From positions 10,852,001 through 10,916,000 of the forward strand of contig CM075993.1 in NCBI GenBank assembly GCA_038087875.1: a stretch of DNA of 64,000 nt. The letters are read 5' to 3'. Of the stretch, positions 38,778 through 51,539 are shown piece after piece; the first letter of the stretch is position 1, and each line of letters starts with the position of its first letter. The stretch comes from Malacoraja senta. Lineage: Eukaryota. Under the pieces are notes generated by a model. The model was not told the origin of the DNA and ran no database searches. It was given only the letters and a program-made list of their open reading frames with translations. Position numbers and translations under genes: made by a program.

Positions 38778-39440
38778 TGGCCCGAGAATTGGGAGCTATT
38801 TCTGAGTTACAGTCAGCAGAGATGATCCCAGCAACAAAGGATTTGACTGCAGGTTTTGATGCAACCACCCAAGAAGAGACCCATATTAACAGTGTACACT
38901 TCACCACCACAAATGAATGTCTTTCTGCAGCAGTCGATGAATTGGCTGGTGGGACTGCTGTCGAGTATGCGCAACATATTTGCAATACTGTTGACAATTT
39001 GTGTGAAACTTACACTTATTTCAATGAGCAAGCAGACTTCCAAGACACCAGGCAAAAGATGATAGACAGCATTACAAATACACCGAGTGACAGGTATGCC
39101 GCTAATCATGCTGCTATTAGGATTGTGAACAGTGAGTGGGGTAAATCTTTGAATGAGCTCTACTGCCACTTGCATCCTCTTGACTCCATCGCAACGTCAG
39201 TTCGCTCAGCCCACAAAAAGCACAAAGAATCCAGAGGCAAAGTCTTTGGGAAGGACTGTCTAGCAGGAAATGTCATACTGCAGATGAACAAACTTCAGTA
39301 CAAGAATGGAAAAGGGGACCCAAAAGGATTTGTTGCATTTTTGGATGAAAGGAACATTCCCCGAGGTGTCCTCCCTCGGTACCATGGCAACAGATTACAT
39401 ATTAGTGGCAAGCTCATAGAACATTATGATGGCTTTGTTA
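38778..39440 (+). pseudogene. Inverted segment encoding hAT-type transposase catalytic core
   Basis: ARELGAIS...GFDATT...SDRYAAN...CHLHPL (first D, second D, CxxH-like motif); opposite strand to the rest of the transposase. Confidence 0.75.
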
Positions 39441-41550
39441 CCATAGGTTCAACTGCACTGCGTTGAGGAACACTATCCAGATCACGTCCACTCCGCTTGT
39501 GCAACTGGCTCATCAGGATTGGAATGTTTGCTGCGGGACTTTTGTTTACAATACACAGTCAATCACATGCATCCTTGTTGTTGAGGAGTAAGTCTTCTGG
39601 TCCACCTTTGACTTGACCTTACTGGCAGCCTCCAGAGTTTCGATTCTTTCTTTGAGGACACGATTGTCAAATTCGAGGCGTCTCACATCCTCTTCCCTGT
39701 CCTTTAGTTTTTCCTGAGCTTTTCTGTGCTGGTTTCAGAATGGCAGGCAGTGACTAGTGGGGTACCGCAAGGCTAGGTGCTGGGACCGCAGCTATTTACA
39801 ATATTCATCAATGGTTTGGATGAAGGGATTCAAAGTAACATTAGTAAATTTGCAGATGACACAAAGCTGGGTGGCAGTGTGAACTGTGAGGAGGATGCTA
39901 TGAGAATGCAGGGTGACTTGGACAGGTTGGGGGAGTGGGCAGATGCATGGCAGATGAAGTTTAATGTGGATAAATGTGAGGTTATCTACTTTGGTATCAA
40001 AAACAGGAAGGCAGATTACTATCTAAATGGCGTCAAGTAGGGAAAAGGGGAAGTACAGCGGAATCTGGGGGTCCTTGTTCATCAGTCTATGAAAGTAAGC
40101 ATGCAGGTACAGCAGGCAGTGAAGAAAGCGAATGGCATGTGGGCCTTTACAACAAGAGTCGAGTATAGGAGCAAAGAGGTCCTTCTGCAGTTGTACAGGG
40201 CCCTAGTGAGACCACACCTGGAGTATTATGTGCAGTTTTGGTCCCCTAATTTGAGGAAGGACATTCTTGCTATTGAGGGAGTGCAGCGTAGGTTTACAAG
40301 GTTAATTCCCGGGATGGCGGGACTGTCATATGCTGAGAGAATGGAGCGGCTGGGCTTGTACACTCTGGAATTTAGAAGGATGAGAGGGGATCTTATTGAG
40401 ACAAATAAGATTGTTAAGGGTTTGGACACGCTAGAGGCAGGAAACATGTTCCCGATGTTGGGGGAGTCCAGAACCAGGGGCCACAGTTTAAGAATAAGGG
40501 GTAAGCCATTTAGAACAGAGACGAGGAAACACTTTTTCTCACAGAGTTGTGAGTCTGTGGAATTCTCTGCCTCAGAGGGCGGTGGAGGCCGGTTCTCTGG
40601 ATACTTTCAAGAGAGAGCTAGATAGGGCTCTTAAAGATTGCGGAGTCATTGAAACAGTTTTCCTCTTTTTCTTATTGCCACTAAACTTGATCAATTGTCT
40701 GATTGCTTTTTTAAATTTCAAAATCTCTACCTTGGTTTCAGCAATCTTGCGTGTCAAACGTAAGTTGGTTTTGAGTTCCTGAATCTTTCTGTCCTTCAAA
40801 TCTATTTGGTTTTGATTTCTCTTTAAGGCTTGATTAACTACACGTTTGGATGTTTTCAACTGTGCCCTAAGTTCACGGATCTTTGGGCCATACTTTAGTG
40901 CAAGACCGACCTTGGATGTAGACAGATAGTTTTGTCTTTTCTTTATTTTGTTTCCTTGGTGAAAGACTTAGAAGTTCTCTGGTACATCTTGTTGAAACAC
41001 TAGATGTCGATGGCATTGGTTCAGGAGAGGCAGCAGCTGTCGTTGGCGTTGCTAGATTCAGTGGAGGATGCAGACTATGACTGCCATCGCCCATGTCCTC
41101 AGTGTCTTGAAATATGGGCACTTGGCTTTTGGCTGATGCCAAGGATTCAGGATCATGAGCACCAGGCGGTGAAATGTCATCTAAAGAAATGTGTTGCCTG
41201 CCTTCTGGAAGTTTAAAAGTTTCATCACACATTTCCGTAAATGTTTCAAGTTCCTTGGGATTGCTGAGTTTTTTTAATTTAAGCAAAGTCCGGTTAACGA
41301 GAGTCCTCACCCTTGAGTTAACAGCAGCAAATGAATAGCCTTCTGCATCCGACAAAGAAAAATGTGAACTCAGCCGTCTCTCAGTTTCAGACAGACTTTT
41401 TCCAAACGAGGTATACAAGTACAAGATGTGTCCATTTTTAAGATCCCTCTTAGACTCGGGCATGATAGAGAAATTCACTTCAAGGTGAGCTTTAGCTATG
41501 CCAGGCTGGGCATTTGGATTGACAATTTTGGATTTCTTCTTCGGAGGCAT
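39441..41550 (-). pseudogene. N-terminal half of the same transposase, interrupted by CR1
   Basis: MPPKKKSK... (ORF 40873-41586), coiled-coil piece (40572-40859), then ...DSVPQRSAVEPM ending at 39441, which joins in sense to ARELG. Confidence 0.65.
39735..40648 (+). mobile_element. CR1 LINE fragment nested in the hAT transposase gene
   Basis: SGVPQG.VLGPQLFTIFIN...FADDTKLGG RT motifs; truncated at both ends. Confidence 0.88.
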
Positions 41551-42924
41551 CTGAAAAATGTAACGAAAAAACCCACTGAACAGCATTAAGTAGAAACAAG
41601 TTTTTATTTGCAGTTTTAGAAAAAAAAGGTAGAATTAATTTTGTTGAACAAAATGCCTAACACAAGTTAAACGTTAAAACAAAAAGTAAATACCCAACAA
41701 AAAAATTCATATTCACCAGTCATCAAATCAATTAAATTCGTCTAAATTCAATCTAGATCTAAACATCTATGCCATTCTTAAGTAAAGGCTAAAAATAAAT
41801 TTTTAAATAGCCAAAGTATCCAAATAACAAACTGATCCCATTCACACAAGAATTCACAACATAACATGATTTTTAAATCTCACTTTGTCATGAATTTCTA
41901 TGCCAACTCGAAGGAATTTAATGTTTAATTCCCATAAATTTTCCTGTTGGATTATAACATTGCAGCAGGCAAGGGGTGTTTTACACAGACATGTGTTCAA
42001 AATCCACAAACATCCACTCTCAAGATAATCAAAATCATTATTTTTTGCACAATCATGTCATAAGAACATCTAAATTATCTATATTTTGTGTAATTGTCTA
42101 TCCATGATTAATATTTTCATACTAAATATCTGACTAAAAACTATGTACTGTGGAAGTTTTTAGTCAGATATTTAGTATGAAAATATGGATGTTTAGTGTT
42201 TTATGGGTCATTCGTAACTGTCACTGTATGTCATGTTGTCACTTGTGGGCGGAGCACCAAGGCAAATTCCTTGTATGTGAATACTTGGCTAATAAACTTA
42301 TTCATTCATTCATTCATTCATTCATTCATCATGGATAGACAATAACACGAAATATAGATAATTTAGATGTTCTTATGACATTGTGCAGAAAATAATGAAT
42401 TTGATTATCTTGAGAGTGGATGTTTGTGGATTATGATGCAGAGATCGGATTGTGGTCGCCGCCTTGATTTTGCTCACACTCACAGTCGGCAGGCAGGACT
42501 CGCTGATATCGGGGCCTAAATAACATATTTCGCATCATCAGGTTAAAATGAAATTACACCAAAAACTAGATAAGATGTTAAATAAACATCCTACAGTACA
42601 TACCTTTGTTTTGTCCTGAACTTGCGATCCGTGATTTTGAAGGCGTTGAAGTTGGGCCCGACTTTCATCCAGCGATTCAATAGTCAGCAACGTTTTGAAA
42701 AAAATCGTGAACGAAATTTCCTCATAAACTTATCGTACGACGAAATCCCTCCCTGACAACCAATAAAAACATGCACTTTACTCACCCCCCCCCCCCCCCC
42801 CACCACAGCCTCTTGAGTCGCACGCACAGGCAGTTGGCAGATCTGGAGCGCCACTGATAGCAGGAATTTGTTACAACGCTACATTATATTGTCATGGATT
42901 ATGGTGGACCAAAGGAACTGCCTC

Positions 42925-43217
42925 TTTAGACTTCAGAGACACAGTGCGGAAAAAGGCCATCAGGCACACAGAGACCACGCTGACCAGCAATCATCCTGTA
43001 CACTAACACTATCCTACACACTGGGACAATTTACAATTTACAGAAGCCAATTAACCTGTCTTTGGAGTGTGGGAGAAAACCACAGCACCCGGTAAAACCC
43101 CACGCAATCACACGGAGAACATACAAACTTCGCACACACAGCACCTTTAGTCAAGATCAAACCCGTGTCTCTGGTGCCGAAAGGTAGCAACTCTACCACT
43201 GCGTCACTGTGCCGCCC
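42925..43217 (-). mobile_element. HE1-like V-SINE
   Basis: Reverse-complement SINE consensus. Confidence 0.7.
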
Positions 43218-43837
43218 ATTTCTATGCTGAATGTTGAGTGGTATGTAGGAATGTAGAGTGGTATGTAGGAATACAGAAGGCAGTGGAGGCCAATTCACTG
43301 GATGTTTTCAAGAGAGTTAGATTTCGCTCTTCGGGCTAATGGAATCAAGGGATATGGGGAAAAAACAGGAACGGGGTACTGATTTTAGATGATCAGCCAT
43401 GATCATATTGAATGGTGGTGCTGGCTCGAAGGTCCGAATGGCCGACACCTGCACCTATTCTTCACTGTTTCTAGAAGTGACTTTGGAATGTAGATCCAGA
43501 GATCTCTAAAGGCAAGACAAGTAGGCAAGTTGGTTAAAAATGCACACAGGATGCTGGGGATCTTTGTCACCATGTTACAGGTAAAATATGATTGCTCAGC
43601 AAGCCCTTGATACTCTTCATTTTGAGAAATCGAGCAACCTCTATCTTGAATTAAGTGAAGCATTCTGCATAAAGAATTTCAGAGACACCGCCCCAAGCAA
43701 GAGGAATTTCTTCTCAGTCCCCAGTTGCCCATATACTGAAAGTGTCATCCTACGTGAACCCAGCTTGTTCAACACTGTATTTTATAAATTTCACTCTGAC
43801 CCCCTCTCAATTTGCTAACCTCAAGAGTATACAAGGT

Positions 43838-45455
43838 TAGATAGATAGATAGATAGAATGCCATTTATTGTCATTTACACATACAACGTTCAAACGAGAT
43901 TACGTTCCTGCAGTCATAACAGCAAAAAAACAACAACACACAATTGACACAATTCCACACAAACATCCATCACAGTGAATCTCCAAACACCTCCTCACTG
44001 TGATGGAAGGCAAAAGTCTTATCTCTTCCCTGTTCTCTGTTCTTTATTCTTCTTCTCTCGCAGTCAAGCAGTCAAACTGCTGCATCGAGCTGATCAAGGC
44101 TTTTGATATTAGAGCCCCCGGCGGGTGATGGTAAGTCCCGCGGCCGTTTAAGCAGCGCCGGGCGATGTAAGGCCCCGCTCCGGGTCGATTTAAATCCCTC
44201 GATTCGGGCTGGAGAAGTTGCCGTTGCGGGAGCCCCGAAAAGCGGTCTCCCACCAGGGACCCGCAAGCTCCCAATGTTACCGTCCACAGGGCCTGCAGCC
44301 GGAGCCTCTGAAGCTCCGAAGTCGGGTCGCAGCCGCGCGCCACCACAGCGCTCCGCGATGGTGAGTCATAGAAACATAGAAAATAGGTACAGGAGTAGGC
44401 CATTCGGCCCTTCGAGCCTGCACCGCCATTCAATATGATCATGGCTGATCATCCAACTCAGTATCCTGTACCTGCCTTATCTCCATACCCCCTGATCCCT
44501 TTAGCCACAAGGGCCACATCTAACTCCCTCTTAAATACAGCCAATGAACTGGCCTCAACTACTTTATGTGGCAGAGAATTCCACAGATTCACCACTCTGT
44601 GTGAAAAACATTTTTCTCATCTCAGTCCTAAAAGACTTCCCCCTTATGCTTAAACTGTGACCCCTTGTTCTGGACTTCCCCAACATCGGGAACAATCTTC
44701 CTGCATCTAGCCTGTCCAACCCTTTAAGAATTTTGTAAGTTTCTATAAGATCCCCCCTCAATCTTCTAAATTCTAGCGAGTACAAGCTGAGTCTATCCAG
44801 TCTTTCTTCATATGAAAGTCCTGCCATCCCAGGAATCAGTCTGGTGAACCTTCTCTGTACTCCCTCTATGGCAAGAATGTCTTTCCTCAGATTAGGAGAC
44901 CAAAACTGTACGCAATACTCCAGGTGGGTCTCACCAAGGCCCTGTACAACTGCAGTAGAACCTCCCTGCTCCTATACTCAAATCCTTTTGCTATGAATGC
45001 TAACATACCATTCGCTTTCTTCACTGCCTGCTGCACCTGCATGCCTACTTTCAATGACTGATGTACCAGGACACCCAGGTCTCGTTGCATCTCCCCTTTT
45101 CCTAATCGGCCACCATTCAGATAATAGTCTACTTTCCTGTTCTTGCCACCAAAGTGGATAACCTCACATTTATCCACATTGTATCCGCAGGCTCTGCGAC
45201 TGGAGTCCCAGGTCGATTCCGGTTGGAGGCCGCCGGCTCCACGATGTTAGGCCCCAACGACAACGGAGACTCGAGAGGGAAAAGGTCAAGTCCCCCGTGA
45301 AGAGAAGAGATTAAAAAGTCCCACCCCCCCCCCCACACATATACACAGCTAAATATAAAATAAAACTAAAACCAAAAACATACACATAACAGGACAAAAA
45401 AGAAGAAAAGACAGACAGACTGCAGTGGCCGCTGCCGCGAGGCGCCGCCATCTTG
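43838..45455 (-). mobile_element. GC-rich retroposon interrupted by a CR1 fragment (44367-45180)
   Basis: Minus head caagatggcggcg (~45443-45455); family block at ~43965-44011; CR1 ORFs 44564-44827 and 44887-45177. Confidence 0.6.
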
Positions 45456-45844
45456 GTCAACCTTTCCTCATATGGCGAAACTGTCATCTATGAGCAAAGG
45501 CTTGTTAATCATGAGAGGAATAGATAGGGTGAATGTACAGCCTTTTACCCAGAGTAGAGGAATCAAGAACCAGAGGACATAGGTTTAAGGTGAAGGGGTG
45601 AGATTTCATAGGCACTTGAGGGACAACTCTTTTACACAAAGGGTGTTAGGGATATGGAATGAGTTGCTGGGGGAGGTGGTTGAGGCAGGTGCTATAACAA
45701 CATTTATAAAAGATAAAAACGAGGAACTGCAGATGCTGGTTTACCAAGAAAAGGCAAAAAAGGTGGGAAGAAATCTGGACGTGTGCATTTTCACACTTGA
45801 TTGGAAAGGGGAGAAGAAGGAGTAGCCAAGGTGCGATTCATCTT

Positions 45845-46092
45845 TGATTATGCTGTTGGCCTTGCCCAGGCAGCACATGGTGCAAATGAGTCAATGGAAG
45901 AGAGGTTGATTTGTGTGATGGTCTGGACTGCGTCCACAATACTCTGCAATTTCTGGCGGTCTTGGATGGAGCTGTTCCCAAACCATGCTGTGACGCATCC
46001 CAATAAAACGCTTTCCTTGACGCATCTGTAGAAGTTGGTGAGAGTTGTTGGGGACATGCCGAATTTCTTAAGTCTTCTACGGAAGTAGAGGA
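45845..46092 (-). mobile_element. Rex1/Babar-type LINE C-terminal fragment
   Basis: LYFRRRLKKFGMSPTTLTNFYRCVKESVL.GCVTAWFGN...QKLQSIV. Confidence 0.75.
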
Positions 46093-47134
46093 GTTGGTGT
46101 GGAAGACTTTGGCCCAAACGCGGGCAGTTGGTAGTAGTGTAGATGGGGTAGTTTCCTCCCCCTGGCTTCACCATCCACAATTCTTCAATATAGAATCAAA
46201 GAACTACAGATGCTGGTTTATGCCAAAGATAGACACAAAGTGGGTCGGGCAGCATAGAAACATAGAAAATAGGTGCAGGAGGAAGCCGTTCGGCCCTTCA
46301 AGCCAGCACCGCCATTCATTGTGATCATGGCTGATCGTCCCCAATCAATAACCCGTGCCTGCCTCCTCCCCATATCCCATGATTCCACTAGTCCCTAGAG
46401 CTCTATCTAACTCTCTCTTAAATCCATCCAGTGACTTGGCCTCCACTGCCCTCTGTGGCAGGGAATTCCACAAATTTAAGTTTAAGGCCACAGTTTAAGA
46501 ATAAGGAGTAAGCCATTTAGAACGGAGACGAGGGAAGGCTTTTTCTCAAAGAGAGTTGTGAGTCTGTTGAATTCTCTGCCTCAGAGGGCGGTGGAGGCAG
46601 GTTCTCTGGATGCTTTCAAGCGAGAGCTAGATAGGGCTCTTAAACATAGCGGAGTCAGGGGATATGGGGAGAAGGCAGGAACGGGGTACTGATTGGGGAT
46701 GATCAGCCATGATCATATTGAATGGCGGTGCTGGCTCGAAGGGCCGAGTGGCATACTCCTGCACCTATTGTGTATTCACAACTCTCCGGGTGAAAACGTT
46801 TTTTCTCAACTCAGTCTTAAATGGCTTCCACTTTATTCTAAGACTGTGGCCCCATGTTCTGGACTCGCCCAACATGGGGAACATTTTTCCTGCATCTAGC
46901 TTCTCCAGTCCTTTTATAATTTTATATTTCTATAAGATCCCCCCTCATCCTTCTAAACTCCAGTGAATACAAGCCTAGTCTTTTCAATCTTTCCTCATAT
47001 GACAGTCCCGCCATCCCAGGGATCAATCTTGTGAATCCATTTTCCCAACTTGACACCATTTAGATAATAATCTGTCTTACCTGTTCTTGCCACCAAAGTG
47101 GATAACCTCACATTTATCCACATTAAACTTTATC

Positions 47135-49506
47135 TAGTGATGTTACAAAACTTACCTTCAGCGGCGCTGCAGTTCTGCTACTGGCCGTGTGCGCGACTTT
47201 GGCGCCTTTGTGGGTGGGGGCGGGATTAAAATGCCGTTTTCTCCTGCTTTTCGGAGGCGGACTTCCTCGGGCTATTAGCTGCTGAAGAACAATCGATCGG
47301 ACTTCCGCTCCCGATTTATTTAATCGCGAGACAATTTAATAATTACATTAAAATAAAAAGCGACTTCTAACGCCCTCAACGCCTACAGCATGACGGATCG
47401 CATGAACGGGACAAAACAAAATGTAAGTCGTTTATTTTCACATATAAACTTGTTTCTTGGGATGGCTTTAATCAAATTTTACGATGCAAAAATGTAATTT
47501 GGGCCCCATACGAACCGGCAGTGTTTTTCCTGCCGATATGGAGTTCAAATTCACCGTAAATGCAACGTTCCAATCGATCGCGTTCCAGAAAAACCCACTC
47601 GCAAGATGATTTAAATGCACTTTTTTTTGGACAATCGTGTCATGAGCATCTATATTTTGTGTTATTGTTTACCCATAGTCAATATTTTTATACTAAATAT
47701 CAGTTTTATTCCCATGTATTGTGCAAAAAAATAATAATTTTAATTATATTCAGTGGATGTTTCTAGATTAATTTATGGGAATTAAACATTAAATTCCTTC
47801 CATCTGGCATATAAATTCATGACAGTGAGATTTAAAAATCATGTTCTATTGTGAATTCTTGTGTGAATGGGATTAGTTTGTTATTTGGATACTTAGGCTA
47901 TTTAAAACAAAAATCCTTTTCTTAAGAAATGGAATCTACAGGACATTGTTAATGGGAAAGTAGTGGGCAGAAAGGCATGTGTGGTTTGAAGAGCAAAAAC
48001 CTGTAGTTTACAATGCTACAATTGAAAAGTTGAGGAAAAACAAGGTGTACAGAGTTGCTTATTGGTTACAATCTGAGGAGTATGATGATGCTACTGATTA
48101 TGATATGCCAATGTACCAGCTAGCAACTGATCTTCTCCATAAAGACTTGGTCTATTGCTAGAAATTGTAATTTATTTACCTATCTGTTACGGATTTACAG
48201 CATATAATACAATAATATTAAAGTTCTGATCTTAGGAATATCACATTTTTGAATTTTCAAGGCAGTCTGGGTGTTTATTACTATTTCCGTCACAACGGTC
48301 AATTTTGTAATTAACTACAATTAGGTAATTAACTAATTATATGCTTTAATTTCAGGTCATCCAAGTAAGATGTTTTATATTTGTTTCAGAATGCTTCAAT
48401 CTATAATAACTGAAAATTTCATTCAGTTCTCTTGATTTTTTAGGAAGTTATGGGCTTTTGACTGTCCTCGATCACAGCTTTTGTGTTAAGTCAATGGAAA
48501 AGCAATAGTAGGTATGTTACAAAACTTACCTTCAGCGGCGCTGCAGTTCCGTCACTGCCCGTGTGTGCGACTTTGGCGCCTTTGAGAGGGGGGCGGGTTT
48601 AAAATGCGATTTTTCAGCAGCCTATTCAAATCGATCTATCAGGCTGTTTAGTTGCTAAAGAAAAATCGCTTCGACTGCCGTTTTATTAAGTTTATTAAGA
48701 TTTGCGCTGGATAATTAAATTGTTGGAGTAAAATTAAAATCATCTTCATATGCCGTCAACGCCGACAACGGGACGGATTTCACGTAGGGGACAAGGCAAG
48801 GTACGCCGTTTATTTTTTCATATAAACTTGCTTCTTAGGATGCCCTTAATCAAAATTTCACGTTGCAAAAATGTGATTATGTAAATATACAAACCGGCAG
48901 TATTTTTCCTGCCGATATGGGATTTAAATTCACTGCAACCGCAACGTTCCAAACCAGCGCGTTCCACAAAAACCCACTCGTAAGATGATCCATTTGGCCT
49001 ATAAATTCATGACAATGAGATTAAAAAATAATATTATATTGTGAATTCTTGTGTGAATGTTATTTGGACACTTAGGCTTTTAAAACATGTTAACCTTTTT
49101 CTTAAGAAATGGATAGATGTTTAGATCTAGTAATTGAATTTTGTAATTAGCTACAATTGGGTAACTAACTAATTATATGCTTTAATTTCAGGTCATCCAA
49201 GTAAGATTGTTTCATATTTGTTTCAGAATGCTTCAATCTATAATAACTGAAAATTTCATTCAGTTCTCTTAATTTTTAAGAAAGTTATGGGCTTTTGACT
49301 GTCCTTGATCACAGCTTTTGTGTTGTCAATGGAAAAGCAATAGGGAACAAGATGCTAATATCCGAGTATGAAAAAGGCCATAACTATTTTAATACTGAAG
49401 ATATGAAAGTGAATTAGGTGTCAAATTAAACTTCTTTTTATGCTTTATCTGATGGGATAAATTGCAGACTTGATTTTTTAAATTTCAAAAGTTTGTAACA
49501 TTGCTA
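47135..49506 (+). mobile_element. Compound of two non-autonomous hATw-like elements (47135-48508 and 48509-49506) inside a CR1
   Basis: 5' ends tagtgatgttacaaaa (47135) and taggtatgttacaaaa (48509); a single 3' end tttgtaacattgcta (49506); outer TSD ctttatc/cttcatc (47128-47134, 49507-49513). Confidence 0.85.
47933..48161 (+). pseudogene. C-terminal remnant of the hATw-like transposase
   Basis: ORF ...WFEEQKPVVYNATIEK...DLVYC*. Its stop and downstream sequence match (reverse complement) 38700-38775 of the large copy. Confidence 0.6.
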
Positions 49507-49567
49507 CTTCATCTGCCATGCTCTGCCCACTCACCCAACCTGTCCAAGTCACCCTGCATTCTCATAG

Positions 49568-50603
49568 TAGGTATGTTACAATACTTACCTTCAGCGGCGC
49601 TGCAATTCTGCCACTGGCCGTGTGCGCGATTTTGGCGCCTTTGAGGAGGGGGGGGGGGCGGGGTTAAAACGCGGGTTTCTCCTACCTTGTCTTGTATTAT
49701 ATTTCGTTGGAGTGTCAGCTTTTGCTGAAAAATCTTTCCGACGGGCGTTTTGTGTATTTTTTATTTTTATTCAATCGACAAGTTCAGCGCTGGAGCAATT
49801 TTAAAATCAGCTTCGAAAGCCGTCAACGCCGACAACGGGGACGGATTTCACGCACGGGACAGGTAAACGAAAGCAGTTTATTTTAATGTATAAAAGTGCT
49901 TCTTAAGAGGCCTTTAATTCACATTTTTTAATGCGAAACGGTGATTCTTTTCCCCGAACGGCAGAATTTTTCATGCCGATACGGGGTTAAATTCACCGCA
50001 AATCAACGTTCCAAATGATCGCGTTCCAGAAAATCCCACTCGCAAGATGATTTAAATGCCCATTAATTTACAGGTATTAAACATTAAATTTCTTCCATTT
50101 GGCCTGTAAATCCATGACAATGAGATTTTAAAATTATGTTATATTGTGAATTCTTGCGTGAATGTTATTTGGACACTTAGGGTATTTAAAAATGTTAATC
50201 TATTCTTAAGAAATTGATAGATGTTTAGATCTAGTAATTGAATTTTGTAATTAGCTACAATTAGGTAACTAACTAATTATATGCTTTAATTTCAGGTCAT
50301 CCAAGTAAGATTGTTTCATATTTGTTTCAGAATGCTTCAATCTATAATAACTGAAAATTTCTTTCAGTTCTCTTAATTTTTAAGAAAGTTATGGGCTTTT
50401 GACTGTCCTCGATCACAGCTTTTGTGTTAAGTCAATGGAAAAGCAATAGGGAACAAGATGCTAATATCCGAGTATGAAAAAGGCCATAACTTTTTTAATA
50501 CTGAAGATATGAAAGTGAATTAGGTGTTAGGTTTTTATGCTTTATCTGATGGGATGAATTACAGACTTGATTTTTAAAATCTCAAAATTTTGTAACATTG
50601 CTA
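49568..50603 (+). mobile_element. Non-autonomous hATw-like element, 1036 bp
   Basis: taggtatgttacaata ... ttttgtaacattgcta; perfect 7-bp TSD ctcatag (49561-49567, 50604-50610) within CR1. Confidence 0.9.
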
Positions 50604-50754
50604 CTCATAGCATCCTCCTCGCAGTTCACATAGTTTTGTGTCATCTGCAAATTTGCGGATGTCAAGGGTTATGGGGAGAAGGCAGGGAAATGGGATTAAA
50701 CGGGAGAGATAGATGAACGGCAGAGATTCATGTTGAACGGCAGAGGAGCCATCG

Positions 50755-50954
50755 NNNNNNNNNNNNNNNNNNNNNNNNNNNNNNNNNNNNNNNNNNNNNN
50801 NNNNNNNNNNNNNNNNNNNNNNNNNNNNNNNNNNNNNNNNNNNNNNNNNNNNNNNNNNNNNNNNNNNNNNNNNNNNNNNNNNNNNNNNNNNNNNNNNNNN
50901 NNNNNNNNNNNNNNNNNNNNNNNNNNNNNNNNNNNNNNNNNNNNNNNNNNNNNN
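50755..50954. other. Assembly gap (200 N)
   Basis: Run of N. Confidence 1.
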
Positions 50955-51539
50955 TGTTCCCATGCCTCTAGCGGGAGTCCAAACCCTTAACAATCTTATA
51001 TGTTTCAATAAGATACCCTCTCATCCTTCTAAACTCCAGAGTTTACAAGCCCAGCCGCTCAATTCTCTCAGCATATGACAGTCCCGCCATCCCAGGAATT
51101 AACCTTGTAAACCTACGCTGCACTCCCTCAATAGCAAGAATGTCCTTCCTCAAATTAGGGGACCAAAACTGCACACAATACTCCAGGTGTGGCTCTGTAC
51201 AACTGCAGAAGGACCTCGCACCTACATTCCTAAGATAGACACAAAAAGCTGGTGTAACTCAGCGGGACAGGCAACATCTCTGGAGAGAAGGAAAAGGTGA
51301 CGTTTTGGGTCGAGACCCTTCTCCAGACTGGTTAGGGACAAGGGAAACGAGAGATATAGACGGTGATGTGGAGAGATAAAGAACAATGAATGAAAGATAT
51401 GCAACAAAATTAACGAAGATAAAGGAAACAGGCCATTGTTAGCTGTGTAGGAAGGAACTGCAGATGCTGGTTTAAACCGAAGATAGACACAAAAAGCTGG
51501 AGTAACATAGCGGGACAGGACACTCTATCTTAGAGAGAG

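Larger units (their letters stand above)
37524..42881 (-). mobile_element. hAT-superfamily (hATw-like) DNA transposon with 7-bp TSD, rearranged transposase gene and nested retroposons
   Basis: Termini tagggatgttacaaaa ... atttgttacaacgcta; TSD cattata (37517-37523, 42882-42888); ends homologous to the copies at 47135-50603. Confidence 0.85.

Noticed and set aside
40873..41586. 237-aa ORF as an independent host gene
   Set aside because: Lies inside TSD-bounded transposon ends and continues, through frameshifts, into transposase sequence.
49561..50610. Alternative reading as 3-bp TSD (cat) with AGTAG...CTACT termini (Academ/Harbinger-like)
   Set aside because: The other two insertions (cattata, cttcatc) fit only TAG...CTA termini with 7-bp TSDs.
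50601..51008. ORFs spanning the N run
   Set aside because: Artefacts of the assembly gap.
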